A stretch of DNA of 64,000 bases from positions 384,001-448,000 of the forward strand of contig OZ243956.1 of NCBI GenBank assembly GCA_965214405.1, given 5' to 3'. Source of the DNA: Trueperaceae bacterium (GTDB lineage Bacteria > Deinococcota > Deinococci > Deinococcales > Trueperaceae). The notes under the pieces were generated by a model that was given only the letters and a program-made list of their open reading frames with translations, ran no database searches and was not told the DNA's origin. Position numbers and translations under genes: made by a program. This document shows positions 1-9,442 of this stretch, piece after piece (position 1 is the first letter of the stretch; the number at the start of each line of letters is the position of its first letter).

Positions 1-1113
1 CCCAAACTGCGTGAGCCCCGTGGTCGGCGTTTCCCTCGAGCGCCGTAAGTCAATCTGCGTCGCCGACATCTTAAAGGCCTGCGAGCTCGTGGCGGTGGCG
101 ATGCCCGTTTCGTAATCAATCACGTCTTGCTCGTAAAGCTCGGCCAATGAATCATCAAAAATTTGCATCCCGTCGAGCTTGGAGTCGCGCAGGGCCTCAT
201 AAAGTTCGTTGGTGCGCTCCTCGTCTTTGATGAGGTCTTTGATGCGCAAGTTGCCCTTCATGATCTCCATCGCGGCGACGCGGCCCTTGCCGCCTTTACG
301 CGGGATGAGCCGCTGCGACACGATGCCCACCAGAGAGTCGGCGAAGAGTAAACGTGAGGACTCGCGCTCGTCGGGCGGGAAAAGTTCTAACACCCGGTTC
401 ACGGTGCGCACCGTGTCGAGCGTGTGAAGCGTGCTAAAGACCAAGTGACCCGTCTGCGCCGCGGAAATCGCGGCGGCGGCGGTGGCGTAGTCGCGGATTT
501 CGCCGATCATAATCACTTCGGGGTCCTGGCGCATGGCGGCGATCAGGGCCTCGCTAAAGGTGAGCGCGTCCACGCCGATCTCGCGCTGGACGATGACCGA
601 CTCCTTGGGGCGGTGGAGGTACTCGATGGGGTCTTCAACGGTAATAATCATCTTGTTGTGCGCCTTGTTGATTTCGTCGATAATGCGCGCCAGCGTGGTG
701 GATTTGCCCGAGCCCGTCGGGCCGGTGACCAACACCAGGCCCTTTTCTTGGTCCCGAAAATAGGCGAGCAAGTCGGGATCCAAGTTGACCACCTCGAGCT
801 GCGACTCGTCCGAGTTGATAACGCGCAAGACCGCCGAGACCGAGCCGCGCTGCCGGAACAAGTTAACCCGAAAGCGCCCGAGCCCTGAGACGCTGTAGGC
901 CAAGTCCGCCTGGTGTCTCTCGGTAAAAATCGCCTTTTGCCGCTCGTCGCACATGATGTTGACCAAGGCTTCGGTCACCTTGGCGGTGAGAACGGTGTCC
1001 CCCATCGGCTTGAGCCGCCCCGAAATGCGGCCCATCGGTTTGAGGCCTGCGTGCAGGTGAATATCCGACGCGCCGCGGTCGACGAATTTAGCGAGCATGT
1101 CATTGAAAGTCAT
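1..1113 (-). CDS. pilT: PilT/PilU-family type IV pilus retraction ATPase (3' end runs off the window)
   Basis: Own translation from ATG at 1113: MTFNDMLAKFVDRGASDIHL, Walker A GPTGSGKST, TVEDPIE, RQDPEVIMIGEIRD, His box TGHLVFSTLH. Absent from the ORF track because there is no stop in the window. PilT versus PilU is not resolved. Confidence 0.9.
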   Translation of the reverse strand, partial: MTFNDMLAKFVDRGASDIHLHAGLKPMGRISGRLKPMGDTVLTAKVTEALVNIMCDERQKAIFTERHQADLAYSVSGLGRFRVNLFRQRGSVSAVLRVINSDESQLEVVNLDPDLLAYFRDQEKGLVLVTGPTGSGKSTTLARIIDEINKAHNKMIITVEDPIEYLHRPKESVIVQREIGVDALTFSEALIAAMRQDPEVIMIGEIRDYATAAAAISAAQTGHLVFSTLHTLDTVRTVNRVLELFPPDERESSRLLFADSLVGIVSQRLIPRKGGKGRVAAMEIMKGNLRIKDLIKDEERTNELYEALRDSKLDGMQIFDDSLAELYEQDVIDYETGIATATSSQAFKMSATQIDLRRSRETPTTGLTQFG

Positions 1114-1162
1114 ATGCTAGCCAGTGTAGAGGGCGCGGGCCTACGGGGGTGTAAAAAACTCC

Positions 1163-2356
1163 TTAGCGGCTCCCGAAGGGACCGCGTAGGGGCTGCAATG
1201 GGGTATTTTCGTCCGTCTCACCAAAGGGGTAGAGGTCGTAGTTGGTGAGTTCGACGTAGCCCACGCCCCCTTTACCGCCCGCCTCGTTGCTCGTCACGTC
1301 GACCGTGCCCTCCCAATACACGATGCCCGTGGTGGCGCGCGTGTTCATTTCTTGCTCTAAAAGCGCCGGAGTCACCGTCACATCAATTCCCTCCCCCGGC
1401 ACCCGGACGCGCCAGCCTGCCGGATAAATGGCGCCCGTCTCTTCACTCGTCCAGGTCTCCCCCGTCGGCGCGACCTCGAAGTCAGCCGCCTCCAAGGAAA
1501 GCGTCCGCCCGTCCGCGGTAATAAAACTCCCCGCCCGCGTCACGTATTCGCCGCTCGGCTCTCGGATGAGGTAGAGCATCAGCTCGGTGTTGTTCTCAAA
1601 CTGCACGCTGAACCAGTCCCAGCCCGCGTAGCTCGAGAGGTCGAAGTCCCCCCACTGATGATCACTCCAGGCCTGACCCGTGACGTTACTGGTATGGCGG
1701 CAACCCAAAATCCCGCAATTCCGCGAGAGGGTACCTGAGACCTTCATGCGCGTGTACGAGACATAGTACGAGGTGCCGCCCGGCCCCATCGACTGAATCC
1801 CCGGCGGGTCGCCGTGGAGCGCGGCGGGTTTGGTGGGCTCTAAGAGCAAATCAAACGTGTACCCGCCCGCGCTCGCCCTGACACGCTGCCCCGCCCCGTC
1901 CTCCGCCCGCTCCGCCCGCCAGTCACCCACGTACACGTCTAACACCTTGGTCGAGGCGTCCGCCGGATAGCCCCAATAGTTGGCGCGCTGGTCCATGACA
2001 AATTTCTCTTCCGTCAGATCGGTCACTGCGACGTGCGCGACGTAACCGCGTTCGATAAGTCCGTAGAGCGGCAGGAAACCCAAAAGTTTGAGGGTCGGCG
2101 GCGTGTACGCCTTGAAAAAGGTGAATTCGAAGCCGTAGTCGCGTCCCTCCTCGTCTTGCACGTGCCCCGTGTAGTACCACCACTCGATGGGCGCGGCGTG
2201 CGCGGCGTCGTCGCGGGGCAGCTCTACGGGCGTGACGGGGTAGGGGCGGCTGTAGACGCTGGGGAGACAGCCGCTGAGGAGGCTCACAAGGAAGAGCGAA
2301 GCGAAAAGAAGCGCGCGTGGATAACGAGACGGGCGAAAATCAACGTTGTCAAACAT
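1163..2356 (-). CDS. Lipoprotein with AttH/CrtC-like (lipocalin-like) domain
   Basis: Lipobox LLSGC; family motifs EWWYYTG, WSDHQWG, GWDWFS, YWEG, GYVELT. Confidence 0.75.
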   Translation of the reverse strand: MFDNVDFRPSRYPRALLFASLFLVSLLSGCLPSVYSRPYPVTPVELPRDDAAHAAPIEWWYYTGHVQDEEGRDYGFEFTFFKAYTPPTLKLLGFLPLYGLIERGYVAHVAVTDLTEEKFVMDQRANYWGYPADASTKVLDVYVGDWRAERAEDGAGQRVRASAGGYTFDLLLEPTKPAALHGDPPGIQSMGPGGTSYYVSYTRMKVSGTLSRNCGILGCRHTSNVTGQAWSDHQWGDFDLSSYAGWDWFSVQFENNTELMLYLIREPSGEYVTRAGSFITADGRTLSLEAADFEVAPTGETWTSEETGAIYPAGWRVRVPGEGIDVTVTPALLEQEMNTRATTGIVYWEGTVDVTSNEAGGKGGVGYVELTNYDLYPFGETDENTPLQPLRGPFGSR

Positions 2357-2509
2357 ACCCCATCATGACGCACCCCGGCTGCCCAATACGGTGGGCTATG
2401 TCATGAAGTGGGGGGTGAAGTCCGTAAGGTCTACCCCTGCATCCGCTCGAGCCTTTGGGTAGGATGGCCCCGTGAACACCTCACTCATCTCGCAGATTGG
2501 ACGTGAAAT

Positions 2510-3253
2510 GTGACTCGAGCTTTCCTCACCCTCTTAATCCTCGGCGGTCTTTGGGGCTGCCAAAGGCCTCCAGAAACGAGCGCCGCCACCCTACAAACTG
2601 TACAAACCGCGCAGACCGCCCAAACCCAAGCGGGGGACGCAACGGGCGGAACAGGGGAAGCGACAGGAGGCGCAGACGCCACTCCTACGCCTGCCGTCCC
2701 CGAAGGCTACAGCGCCGTTCCCTATCTCTCGGGCGAGCCTGTGCGCGAATTTGCGGGCGCGGACGAGGTGCTTACAGAGGGTACGGACTACCGCGCGGTG
2801 CTCGAGACCAACAAGGGCACCCTCACCATCGACCTGTTAGAAGACGAGGCCCCTCAAACGGTCAACAACTTCGTCTTTTTGGCGCTCCACCACTTCTACG
2901 ACGGCGTGCCCTTTCACCGCGTGTTAGAAGACTTCATGGCCCAAACGGGCGACCCCACCGGCACCGGCACGGGTGGCCCCGGCTACGCGTTCGACAACGA
3001 AATCTCCCCCGACCTTTCCCACGACGAAGCGGGCGTCGTCTCGATGGCGAACGCCGGACCCGACACCAACGGCTCGCAGTTTTTTATCACCTTCCAGGCG
3101 ACGCCCTGGCTCGACGGGGGCTACTCGATTTTTGGCGAGGTGGTAGACGGCTTGGACGTTCTTGACGACCTCCAGCGCATCGACCCGCAAAATCCCTCGG
3201 GTGAAACGCCCGACACTTTGGAGCGCGTCACCATCATTCAAGCATCAAACTGA
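2510..3253 (+). CDS. Cyclophilin-type peptidyl-prolyl isomerase, lipoprotein
   Basis: Lipobox LWGC, T/G/A-rich linker, then [19 protein letters not shown] and [16 protein letters not shown]. Confidence 0.92.
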   Translation: MTRAFLTLLILGGLWGCQRPPETSAATLQTVQTAQTAQTQAGDATGGTGEATGGADATPTPAVPEGYSAVPYLSGEPVREFAGADEVLTEGTDYRAVLETNKGTLTIDLLEDEAPQTVNNFVFLALHHFYDGVPFHRVLEDFMAQTGDPTGTGTGGPGYAFDNEISPDLSHDEAGVVSMANAGPDTNGSQFFITFQATPWLDGGYSIFGEVVDGLDVLDDLQRIDPQNPSGETPDTLERVTIIQASN

Positions 3254-3280
3254 ATCCAACTATTCAATCAAGGAGAAAAC

Positions 3281-3847
3281 ATGGACACGTACCAAATGGA
3301 CGGCTACCAAACCGTCGAACCTTTAAGCAGCGAGCGCAAAACGTCATTTAACAAAGCTGAGGAGGTGCTTAGGGAGGGCAAAGACTACCGCGCCGTCATC
3401 GAGACGAACAAGGGCCGCATCGTCGCGGACTTGTTCCAAGACGATGCCCCCGAGACGGTCAACAACTTCGTTTTCTTGGCCCGCAATCACTACTACGACG
3501 GCGTCGTGTTCCACCGCGTGCTGGAGGATTTCATGGCCCAAACGGGCGACCCCACCGGCTCCGGGCGCGGCGGTCCCGGCTACCAGTTTGGCGACGAGAC
3601 CGACAACGGCCTCAAGCACGACGCCAAGGGCACCCTGTCGATGGCGAACGCCGGACCCGGTACCAACGGCTCACAGTTTTTTATCACCTTTGTCCCGACG
3701 CCGCATCTCAACGGCAAGCACACCGTGTTTGGCCGCGTATTGGAAGGTGAAGAGGTGCTGGACAAGTTAGAACGCATCGACCCCTCGAGACCGGGCCGCA
3801 CCCAACCCGACGTGATGGAGCGGGTGACGGTGCTCGAGTCGGTTTGA
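3281..3847 (+). CDS. Cyclophilin-type peptidyl-prolyl isomerase, cytoplasmic
   Basis: [47 protein letters not shown]. Confidence 0.95.
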   Translation: MDTYQMDGYQTVEPLSSERKTSFNKAEEVLREGKDYRAVIETNKGRIVADLFQDDAPETVNNFVFLARNHYYDGVVFHRVLEDFMAQTGDPTGSGRGGPGYQFGDETDNGLKHDAKGTLSMANAGPGTNGSQFFITFVPTPHLNGKHTVFGRVLEGEEVLDKLERIDPSRPGRTQPDVMERVTVLESV

Positions 3848-3869
3848 TAGTTTAAAAAATCACCTTGTG

Positions 3870-3897
3870 GGCCGAGACGTTACCCAACCTCTCGGCC
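3870..3897. terminator. Hairpin between convergent genes, probable terminator
   Basis: GGCCGAGA...TCTCGGCC stem. Confidence 0.5.
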
Positions 3898-3935
3898 TCT
3901 GAATTAACACGTCGGTCCGTAAGTAAAGACGATAC

Positions 3936-5150
3936 TCAGCCGCCAGGTTGGGCATCGTCTTTGTTCACTTGGGAGGCGGCTTCAAGTTCTTTCCTATAAT
4001 CAAGAAGAAATTCTAAAAAGATAATCGCTCCCTCAGTTGTTAAATTGCGGTATACGTCCGTGAGACCGAAACATCTTAGCTCTCTAAGGTAAACATGATT
4101 GTGAATAGTCAGTTGAGAAAAGTGTTGTTTCATGGCAACGACCTCAGGAGCTTCCTCTAAATGCGAAAAATCTTCTTTAATTCTGAGAAGATGCACTTCT
4201 AAAAAATCTCTGTTATTTAGACTCTCAAAAACTTTGCTGTAAGTTTGAGATTTGACGAGTTGGGGACTTAGATATGGTCCCCTATCTATATAACTGTCCC
4301 TCTCTTCAAGCCAGGGGTCGTATGGAAACTTCTGAACCACATCAAGCAACAAAATCGAAATAAGGGAGTAAACCACAATTACGGTTGTACTTCTATCTTC
4401 TTCACCATGTAAACAGGCATTTCGCCATTCAAAAATTTCTTTTGTGGAGTGAAGTTTGAAAAATTTCTTTAGCATTATGCGCGTAGGGACGGAAACTTCG
4501 CGCCTTGTGAGCTCGAGCAGGTGATGCAGATTGTTTATTCTTGGTATACCTTTTTGTTTTCCTCTAACCCTTCTACGTCCACGCTCCGACCTATACTGTT
4601 TTCCCTCTACCTTAAACGCTTTAATAACTGTGCCATCTTCAGCTACGTACTTTTTGCATATCCTCCTGCACAAACCTTCCAAATATGCAAAGCCAGTCCA
4701 AACAGCAGGGAATTCACCACCCATCTGATTTCTAAGTACACTGTTCTGATAATAGCAGTTAGGACTATTGTATCTTTCGGGAACATAATCAGGAAGACCA
4801 GAATGTAAGTACCGAAGAAAGCCCAGCTTGATGTACGTGCCTAAAGGATTGTGCATAACAATCCATGAGTTGATTCCTCTACCTTTGACGTTATGTAAAA
4901 GGCTGTCCACACGTGACCACAATTCCAGGTGCTCATTTCGAACTATCGCATTCATCCCCTTGTTGTAGTTCATGTGCATAAGGATATAACAGAGTTCTTG
5001 CAACTCTTGAAAAGAAAATCGTTGTAAATCTTCACTATAAAAAAGAGGCTGTGGGTTACCCCCGAGTGTGATTTCGATTCTCCCATCACGGGGAAATCGA
5101 AACGTCTCCTTACGAAAAGCGTTAGCTCTCTCACGTATAGCCTCTAACAT
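3936..5150 (-). CDS. Low-GC hypothetical protein with HEPN-like RxxxxH motif
   Basis: 404-aa AT-rich ORF; LEGLCR followed downstream by WRNACLHG. Confidence 0.7.
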   Translation of the reverse strand: MLEAIRERANAFRKETFRFPRDGRIEITLGGNPQPLFYSEDLQRFSFQELQELCYILMHMNYNKGMNAIVRNEHLELWSRVDSLLHNVKGRGINSWIVMHNPLGTYIKLGFLRYLHSGLPDYVPERYNSPNCYYQNSVLRNQMGGEFPAVWTGFAYLEGLCRRICKKYVAEDGTVIKAFKVEGKQYRSERGRRRVRGKQKGIPRINNLHHLLELTRREVSVPTRIMLKKFFKLHSTKEIFEWRNACLHGEEDRSTTVIVVYSLISILLLDVVQKFPYDPWLEERDSYIDRGPYLSPQLVKSQTYSKVFESLNNRDFLEVHLLRIKEDFSHLEEAPEVVAMKQHFSQLTIHNHVYLRELRCFGLTDVYRNLTTEGAIIFLEFLLDYRKELEAASQVNKDDAQPGG

Positions 5151-5190
5151 TCTGTTCTGTAGCCTTTCTTTTAAAAACTATTAACTTACA

Positions 5191-5511
5191 TCAGTAAGCA
5201 AACATCTCTTGCAAAGTCTCGCAAACTTCCTGTTGGCTCTCCGTATCAAGTGAGCCCAAAGCTTCCCCCAACCGCATCTTATCGACGGCGCGCAGATGAT
5301 CTAGCAGAATCAATCCCTGTTTGCCCCCAAAGGTGCAGAGGACTCTGCTCGGGAACTCGAAACCTCGGCTCGTGAGAGGCGCAACGATAACCGTGGCTAA
5401 GCGGTTGAGTTCGTTGGGCGACACCACCACGCAGGGGCGCAGCTTGTTCATCTCACTGCCCTTGGCGGGCTCTAAATCAACGCGGTAGACCTCAAAGCGG
5501 CTGACGTACAT
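5191..5511 (-). CDS. mazF: PemK/MazF-family toxin (endoribonuclease)
   Basis: VDLEPAKGSEMNKLRPCVVVS, VIVAPLTS, LDHLRAVDK. Start refined to ATG 5511. Confidence 0.92.
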   Translation of the reverse strand: MYVSRFEVYRVDLEPAKGSEMNKLRPCVVVSPNELNRLATVIVAPLTSRGFEFPSRVLCTFGGKQGLILLDHLRAVDKMRLGEALGSLDTESQQEVCETLQEMFAY

Positions 5512-5518
5512 ATCAGGT

Positions 5519-5770
5519 TTAGAGCGGGGGGCCGAGTTCGCCATCTAAGTCGGCGTCCAACCACTCCCTGTCGTAAGCAAGGTCGCCACGTTCAATCGCG
5601 GCTTGGACGGCTTCGTCCCAGCCCTGACGAGGCTGTTTAACGGGTCTGATAAGCAGACCACCGCGCACCACCTTGAGTTCTAACACGCTGTTCTCGAGGC
5701 CCGCCTGTTCAATCAAAGCCTTGGGAATACGAACGCCTTTAGAGTTACCAATTTGAACGAGTTCTGCCAT
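5519..5770 (-). CDS. mazE: AbrB/MazE-family antitoxin
   Basis: IGNSKGVRIPK, PRQGW. Leaderless: TATAAT 6 nt before ATG. Confidence 0.92.
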   Translation of the reverse strand: MAELVQIGNSKGVRIPKALIEQAGLENSVLELKVVRGGLLIRPVKQPRQGWDEAVQAAIERGDLAYDREWLDADLDGELGPPL

Positions 5771-5776
5771 GAAGTG

Positions 5777-5793
5777 ATTATAGCGTAATTACG
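5777..5793 (-). promoter_or_regulatory. mazEF -10 box and adjacent palindromic operator
   Basis: TATAAT (5782-5777) next to the perfect palindrome CGTAATTACG (5784-5793). Confidence 0.6.
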
Positions 5794-5830
5794 GGTTGCA
5801 CGGTGACAGCGGCTCAAGCCCCTATACACC

Positions 5831-6385
5831 CTAATCCCCGAACAGTTCCTCAACAGAAAGCGTCCAGCCCGGCACCACCTCGCCACCCTCCAACGTGTCG
5901 CCCAACCCCAGTACCTTCACGTCGGTAGGCGAGGTGTGAACGAGCACCTGTTTGTTGCGCGGGTTGACCACGGCGACCATACGGGAGCCCGCCCCCAACC
6001 ACTCCGCCACCTTTTCACTAACCTCAGTGTAGAGGTCACCAGGCGAAATGACTTCGACAACCAGATCGGGCGCGCCGGGCCAGTACCCCCGGACAGGTCC
6101 CACCTCGTCCAAACGTTTTTGGCTGATAAACGCGACGTCGGGCGCGCGGACGGTGTCGGGGTCGATGCTAAGCTTAAAGCCGGTTTCTGCGGCTGTCACC
6201 GTCCCCAGTTTTTGAGCGCGCACGTGAGAGATAAGGAGCCCTGTGAAAATCGCAGCAAGCGTGCCGTGTTCATAACCTGCGGGTGCCATTTTTTTTAGCT
6301 CCCCCTTCACGAGTTCGTAGCGGTAGCCGTCGCTGGGTTGGTGGAGAAGTTCTTCGGCGGTTACGGGTTTTGTTTGCGTTATCAT
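5831..6385 (-). CDS. Uma2 (DUF820) family endonuclease
   Basis: YELVKGEL, VRAPDVAF, APDLVVEVISP. AAGGAGG RBS before ATG 6385. Confidence 0.92.
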   Translation of the reverse strand: MITQTKPVTAEELLHQPSDGYRYELVKGELKKMAPAGYEHGTLAAIFTGLLISHVRAQKLGTVTAAETGFKLSIDPDTVRAPDVAFISQKRLDEVGPVRGYWPGAPDLVVEVISPGDLYTEVSEKVAEWLGAGSRMVAVVNPRNKQVLVHTSPTDVKVLGLGDTLEGGEVVPGWTLSVEELFGD

Positions 6386-6623
6386 GGGCCGCCTCCTTGC
6401 CCAAGTATAATGCGCCCGTAAAGCTTGTGTGGGCTCGTTCATCTACGTCTGAGCTCACCGCAAGGAAACGTCTCCAGCTTTGTGAAACCCTCGAGCCCGA
6501 CCGCATCTCGGTCAACCCTCAACGTGTGACGCAGCCGTGTGACGCAGCCGTGTGACACAGCCATTGATACAACCGCTTCGCCGGATGAGCAGCATTCACG
6601 CCCCGTCAGCCGAGGCTCGCATC

Positions 6624-6683
6624 TTGACAAAGGTGGAGACGCCGCCTAAGATGGCTTAGTTAGTGAGAATACTTTCTCAATAA
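6624..6683 (+). promoter_or_regulatory. Sigma70-type promoter with downstream Fur/Zur-like operator
   Basis: TTGACA(6624)-17 bp-TAAGAT(6647); inverted repeat TTAGTGAGAA-TACT-TTCTCAATAA just before the RBS. Confidence 0.7.
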
Positions 6684-6696
6684 GGAGTGATGGACT

Positions 6697-7593
6697 GTGT
6701 CTCGTGTGCCGGGCCTTTTACTAAGTTTTTTATTTTCTGTTGCGGCTGGCTGCGCCTTCGCGCAGCCGACGGTTGTCACTTCTATAGAACCTTATTACGA
6801 TTTGGTGGACCAGATCGCAGGCGATGACGCCTCGGTCGTTCGCCTCTTGCCGCCTGGCGCGTCGCCCCACACCTTTGACCCAACGCCCAAAGACGTGGCG
6901 CAGGTCGCGGGCGCCGACTTGGTGGTGTTGAACGGTGGTTTAGATGAATGGCTTGTGGGCATAGTCGAGGCGAGCGGGACGAAGGCGGCGGTGCTCGAGG
7001 CCGTCGCGGAGGTTACGTTTGGGCCGCTCGAGAGGGATGAACACGAAGAGGACACGCAAGGCGAGAGCGGCGCGCATGGTCACGCGGGCGTCAACCCGCA
7101 CATCTGGCTCGACCCGACACTGATGGCGGAGTTTGTCCCCGTCATCGTTTCACATTTGTCCGACCTCGACCCGGAACACGCCGACGCTTACCAGGAGCGA
7201 GGGGCCGCGCTGGTCGATAACCTAACCGCGCTTGACAAGGAACTCTCCGACACCCTAGCGGGTGTCGAGGGCGCGCCGTTCGTGCCCTTCCACGACGCCT
7301 GGCCCTATTTCGCGCGGCGCTACGGTCTGGACCTCGTCGTCGAGATTGAACCCGCGCCGGGCCGCGAGCCGAGCACGCGTTATATTGCCGAGGCGTTGGA
7401 GACGATTCGTGAGAGCGGCGCCAAAGCCGTCTTTAGCGAACGCCAACTCCCGCCACGGCCTGCCGAGGTCGTGGCCGAAAACGCGGGCGTCGCGCTCGTC
7501 ATGCTCGACCCGCTGGGCGGCGGCAACGAGACCGAGACTTACCAGGCGATGATGCGCTCCAACGCGCGCGCCATTGCCGACGCGCTAAAGTAG
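6697..7593 (+). CDS. znuA: Zn/Mn ABC transporter substrate-binding protein
   Basis: Signal peptide; SPHTFDP, His-rich loop, NPHIWLDP, FHDAWPY. Confidence 0.9.
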   Translation: MSRVPGLLLSFLFSVAAGCAFAQPTVVTSIEPYYDLVDQIAGDDASVVRLLPPGASPHTFDPTPKDVAQVAGADLVVLNGGLDEWLVGIVEASGTKAAVLEAVAEVTFGPLERDEHEEDTQGESGAHGHAGVNPHIWLDPTLMAEFVPVIVSHLSDLDPEHADAYQERGAALVDNLTALDKELSDTLAGVEGAPFVPFHDAWPYFARRYGLDLVVEIEPAPGREPSTRYIAEALETIRESGAKAVFSERQLPPRPAEVVAENAGVALVMLDPLGGGNETETYQAMMRSNARAIADALK

Positions 7594-7597
7594 TCTT

Positions 7598-8335
7598 ATG
7601 GCGACCTCTCCAGCGCTGCACGTCCACCACGTCACGGTGCGCTTTAATGAGGCGCTGGCGCTGCAAGACGTGAGTTTCGACCTTCCGGCAGGCGAGTTTT
7701 TGGCCGTCGTGGGACCCAACGGCGCGGGCAAGTCTACGCTCATCAAGGTGACGCTGGGACTCATCAAACCCAATAAAGGACACGCGGCGATTTTCGGCGA
7801 GGACGCGGGCAGTCACCCGGAGCGCATCGGCTACGTGCCGCAGCTCAAAACCTTTGACCGCTCGTTTCCCGCCACGGCGTTAGAACTCGTCGTATCGGGC
7901 GTGAGGCGTGCCTGGCCCGCGTTCGTTCGCCGGGAGGAGCGGGAGCGGGCGCTCGAGGCGCTGCGGACGGTCGGTGCCGATAAGCTCACGACTCGGCCTC
8001 TCGCCAAGCTCTCGGGCGGCGAGTTGCAGCGCGCGTTTTTGGCGAGGGCTTTGGTGCGCCGCCCCGACCTCGTGCTTCTGGACGAACCCGCGACCGGGGT
8101 TGATTTTTTGGCCGAGCACGACCTCTACGAGCTGTTGGAGCGCTACCAGCGTGAGAGTGGCGCGACCGTCGCCATGATTACCCACGACCTCTCGGCGGCG
8201 CGCTACCACTCGAGCCGCGTCCTCGTCCTCAACCGGCGCGTCTACGGCTACGGCCCCCCCGAGGTGCTCCGCGAAAGCTGTTTGAGAGAGGCGTACGGTC
8301 ACGCGGGGCACGCACATGAGGCGATTGTGCTGTGA
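7598..8335 (+). CDS. znuC: Metal ABC transporter ATPase
   Basis: GPNGAGKST, IGYVPQ, LSGGELQR, LLDEP. Confidence 0.9.
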   Translation: MATSPALHVHHVTVRFNEALALQDVSFDLPAGEFLAVVGPNGAGKSTLIKVTLGLIKPNKGHAAIFGEDAGSHPERIGYVPQLKTFDRSFPATALELVVSGVRRAWPAFVRREERERALEALRTVGADKLTTRPLAKLSGGELQRAFLARALVRRPDLVLLDEPATGVDFLAEHDLYELLERYQRESGATVAMITHDLSAARYHSSRVLVLNRRVYGYGPPEVLRESCLREAYGHAGHAHEAIVL

Positions 8336-8381
8336 CGCGTGTTGTGCAGAGGGTGGATTGAGCGGGCAAGTGGGAATGAGA

Positions 8382-8447
8382 AAGTACCGAGTGAAAAGTG
8401 ATGCGTGGTTAGTGATGAGTAGCGTCAAAAACCTTTCCTCCCCCTAC
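8382..8447. repeat. AGTACCGAG/AGTGATG repeat element, copy 1
   Basis: Diverged direct repeat of 9332-9391. Confidence 0.55.
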
Positions 8448-8488
8448 GTTTTTATCCCCTCGAGCGTCCACAAAGAAAGCGGTAATTT

Positions 8489-9298
8489 GTGACCGAATTT
8501 ATCGCGGTGATGCAGCTTCCGTTTATGCGCTACGCGCTCCTGGCGGGGCTTTGTGTGGCGGTGATGGGGGGAGTTTTGGGGGTGTTCGTGGTGCAGCGCG
8601 GGCTCTCGTTTTTGGGTGACGGGCTGGCGCATTCGGCGTTTGGGGGGGTGGCGCTGGGGCTGCTCGTGGGGGTGAGTCAGCCGCTGTGGGTGGCGCTGCC
8701 CTTTACCCTGGTGACCGCGCTGGGTATCGCCTGGGTGCGGGAGCGGACGGCGCTCTCTTCGGACACGACCATCGGCGTTTTTTTTGCGACCTCGGTGGCG
8801 CTGGGCGTGCTGTTTATCTCCTTGAAGCGCACCTACACCACCGACGCCTGGCACTGGCTCTTCGGCTCGATTTTGGGCGTCGGGCTCGAGGAGTTATGGA
8901 TTATTCTCAGCGTCACTACCATAAGCGTGACGCTCGTTCTCATACTCTGGAGCCGCCTCGCCTACGCCACCTTCGACCCCGAGTTGGCGCAGGCGGACGG
9001 GGTGAGAGTCGGGAGGCTGGAATACGCGCTGCTCACGCTTAGCGCGGTAACCATCGTCGCCAGCGTCAAGGTCGTTGGCGTGATTTTAATGGCCGCTTAT
9101 CTGGTCATTCCGGCGGCGGCGGCGCGGCTGCTGTCGCGTTCGCTCGCCACCATGACCCTGCTAAGCGTGCTGATTGGGCTGCTCAGCACCGTCTCGGGTC
9201 TCGTGGCGTCGTACTTTTTGGACGTGCCCTCGGGGAGCACCATCGTCTTGTCGCAGGTGGGGTGCTTTGTGGTGGCGGCGGTGGTTTCTCGGCGCTGA
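8489..9298 (+). CDS. znuB: Metal ABC transporter permease
   Basis: GDGLAHSAFGGVALG, LFGSIL, FDPELAQADG, VGVILM. Confidence 0.9.
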   Translation: MTEFIAVMQLPFMRYALLAGLCVAVMGGVLGVFVVQRGLSFLGDGLAHSAFGGVALGLLVGVSQPLWVALPFTLVTALGIAWVRERTALSSDTTIGVFFATSVALGVLFISLKRTYTTDAWHWLFGSILGVGLEELWIILSVTTISVTLVLILWSRLAYATFDPELAQADGVRVGRLEYALLTLSAVTIVASVKVVGVILMAAYLVIPAAAARLLSRSLATMTLLSVLIGLLSTVSGLVASYFLDVPSGSTIVLSQVGCFVVAAVVSRR

Positions 9299-9331
9299 CG
9301 GTTGCCTGCGAGACGCGGAGGTTGGTTAAGG

Positions 9332-9391
9332 AAGTACCGAGTGCCGAGTAAAAAGTGATGAGCAGATTCAAAATCTCTTCCCCGCCTCTAC
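9332..9391. repeat. AGTACCGAG/AGTGATG repeat element, copy 2
   Basis: Diverged direct repeat of 8382-8447. Confidence 0.55.
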
Positions 9392-9442
9392 CCCACCTGA
9401 TTTCTCCCTAAAAAGCTCGCTTAATGAGAATACTGCCAATCC

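Noticed and set aside
163..1248. Plus-strand ORFs over the first 1.2 kb
   Set aside because: Antisense shadows of the PilT-like gene. The same applies to most overlapping ORFs in this GC-rich window, such as 20886-22127 and 55732-56541.
6439..6630. 63-aa Cys-rich ORF upstream of Uma2
   Set aside because: Overlaps the znuA -35 box and a 13-bp tandem repeat; no RBS or recognisable family.
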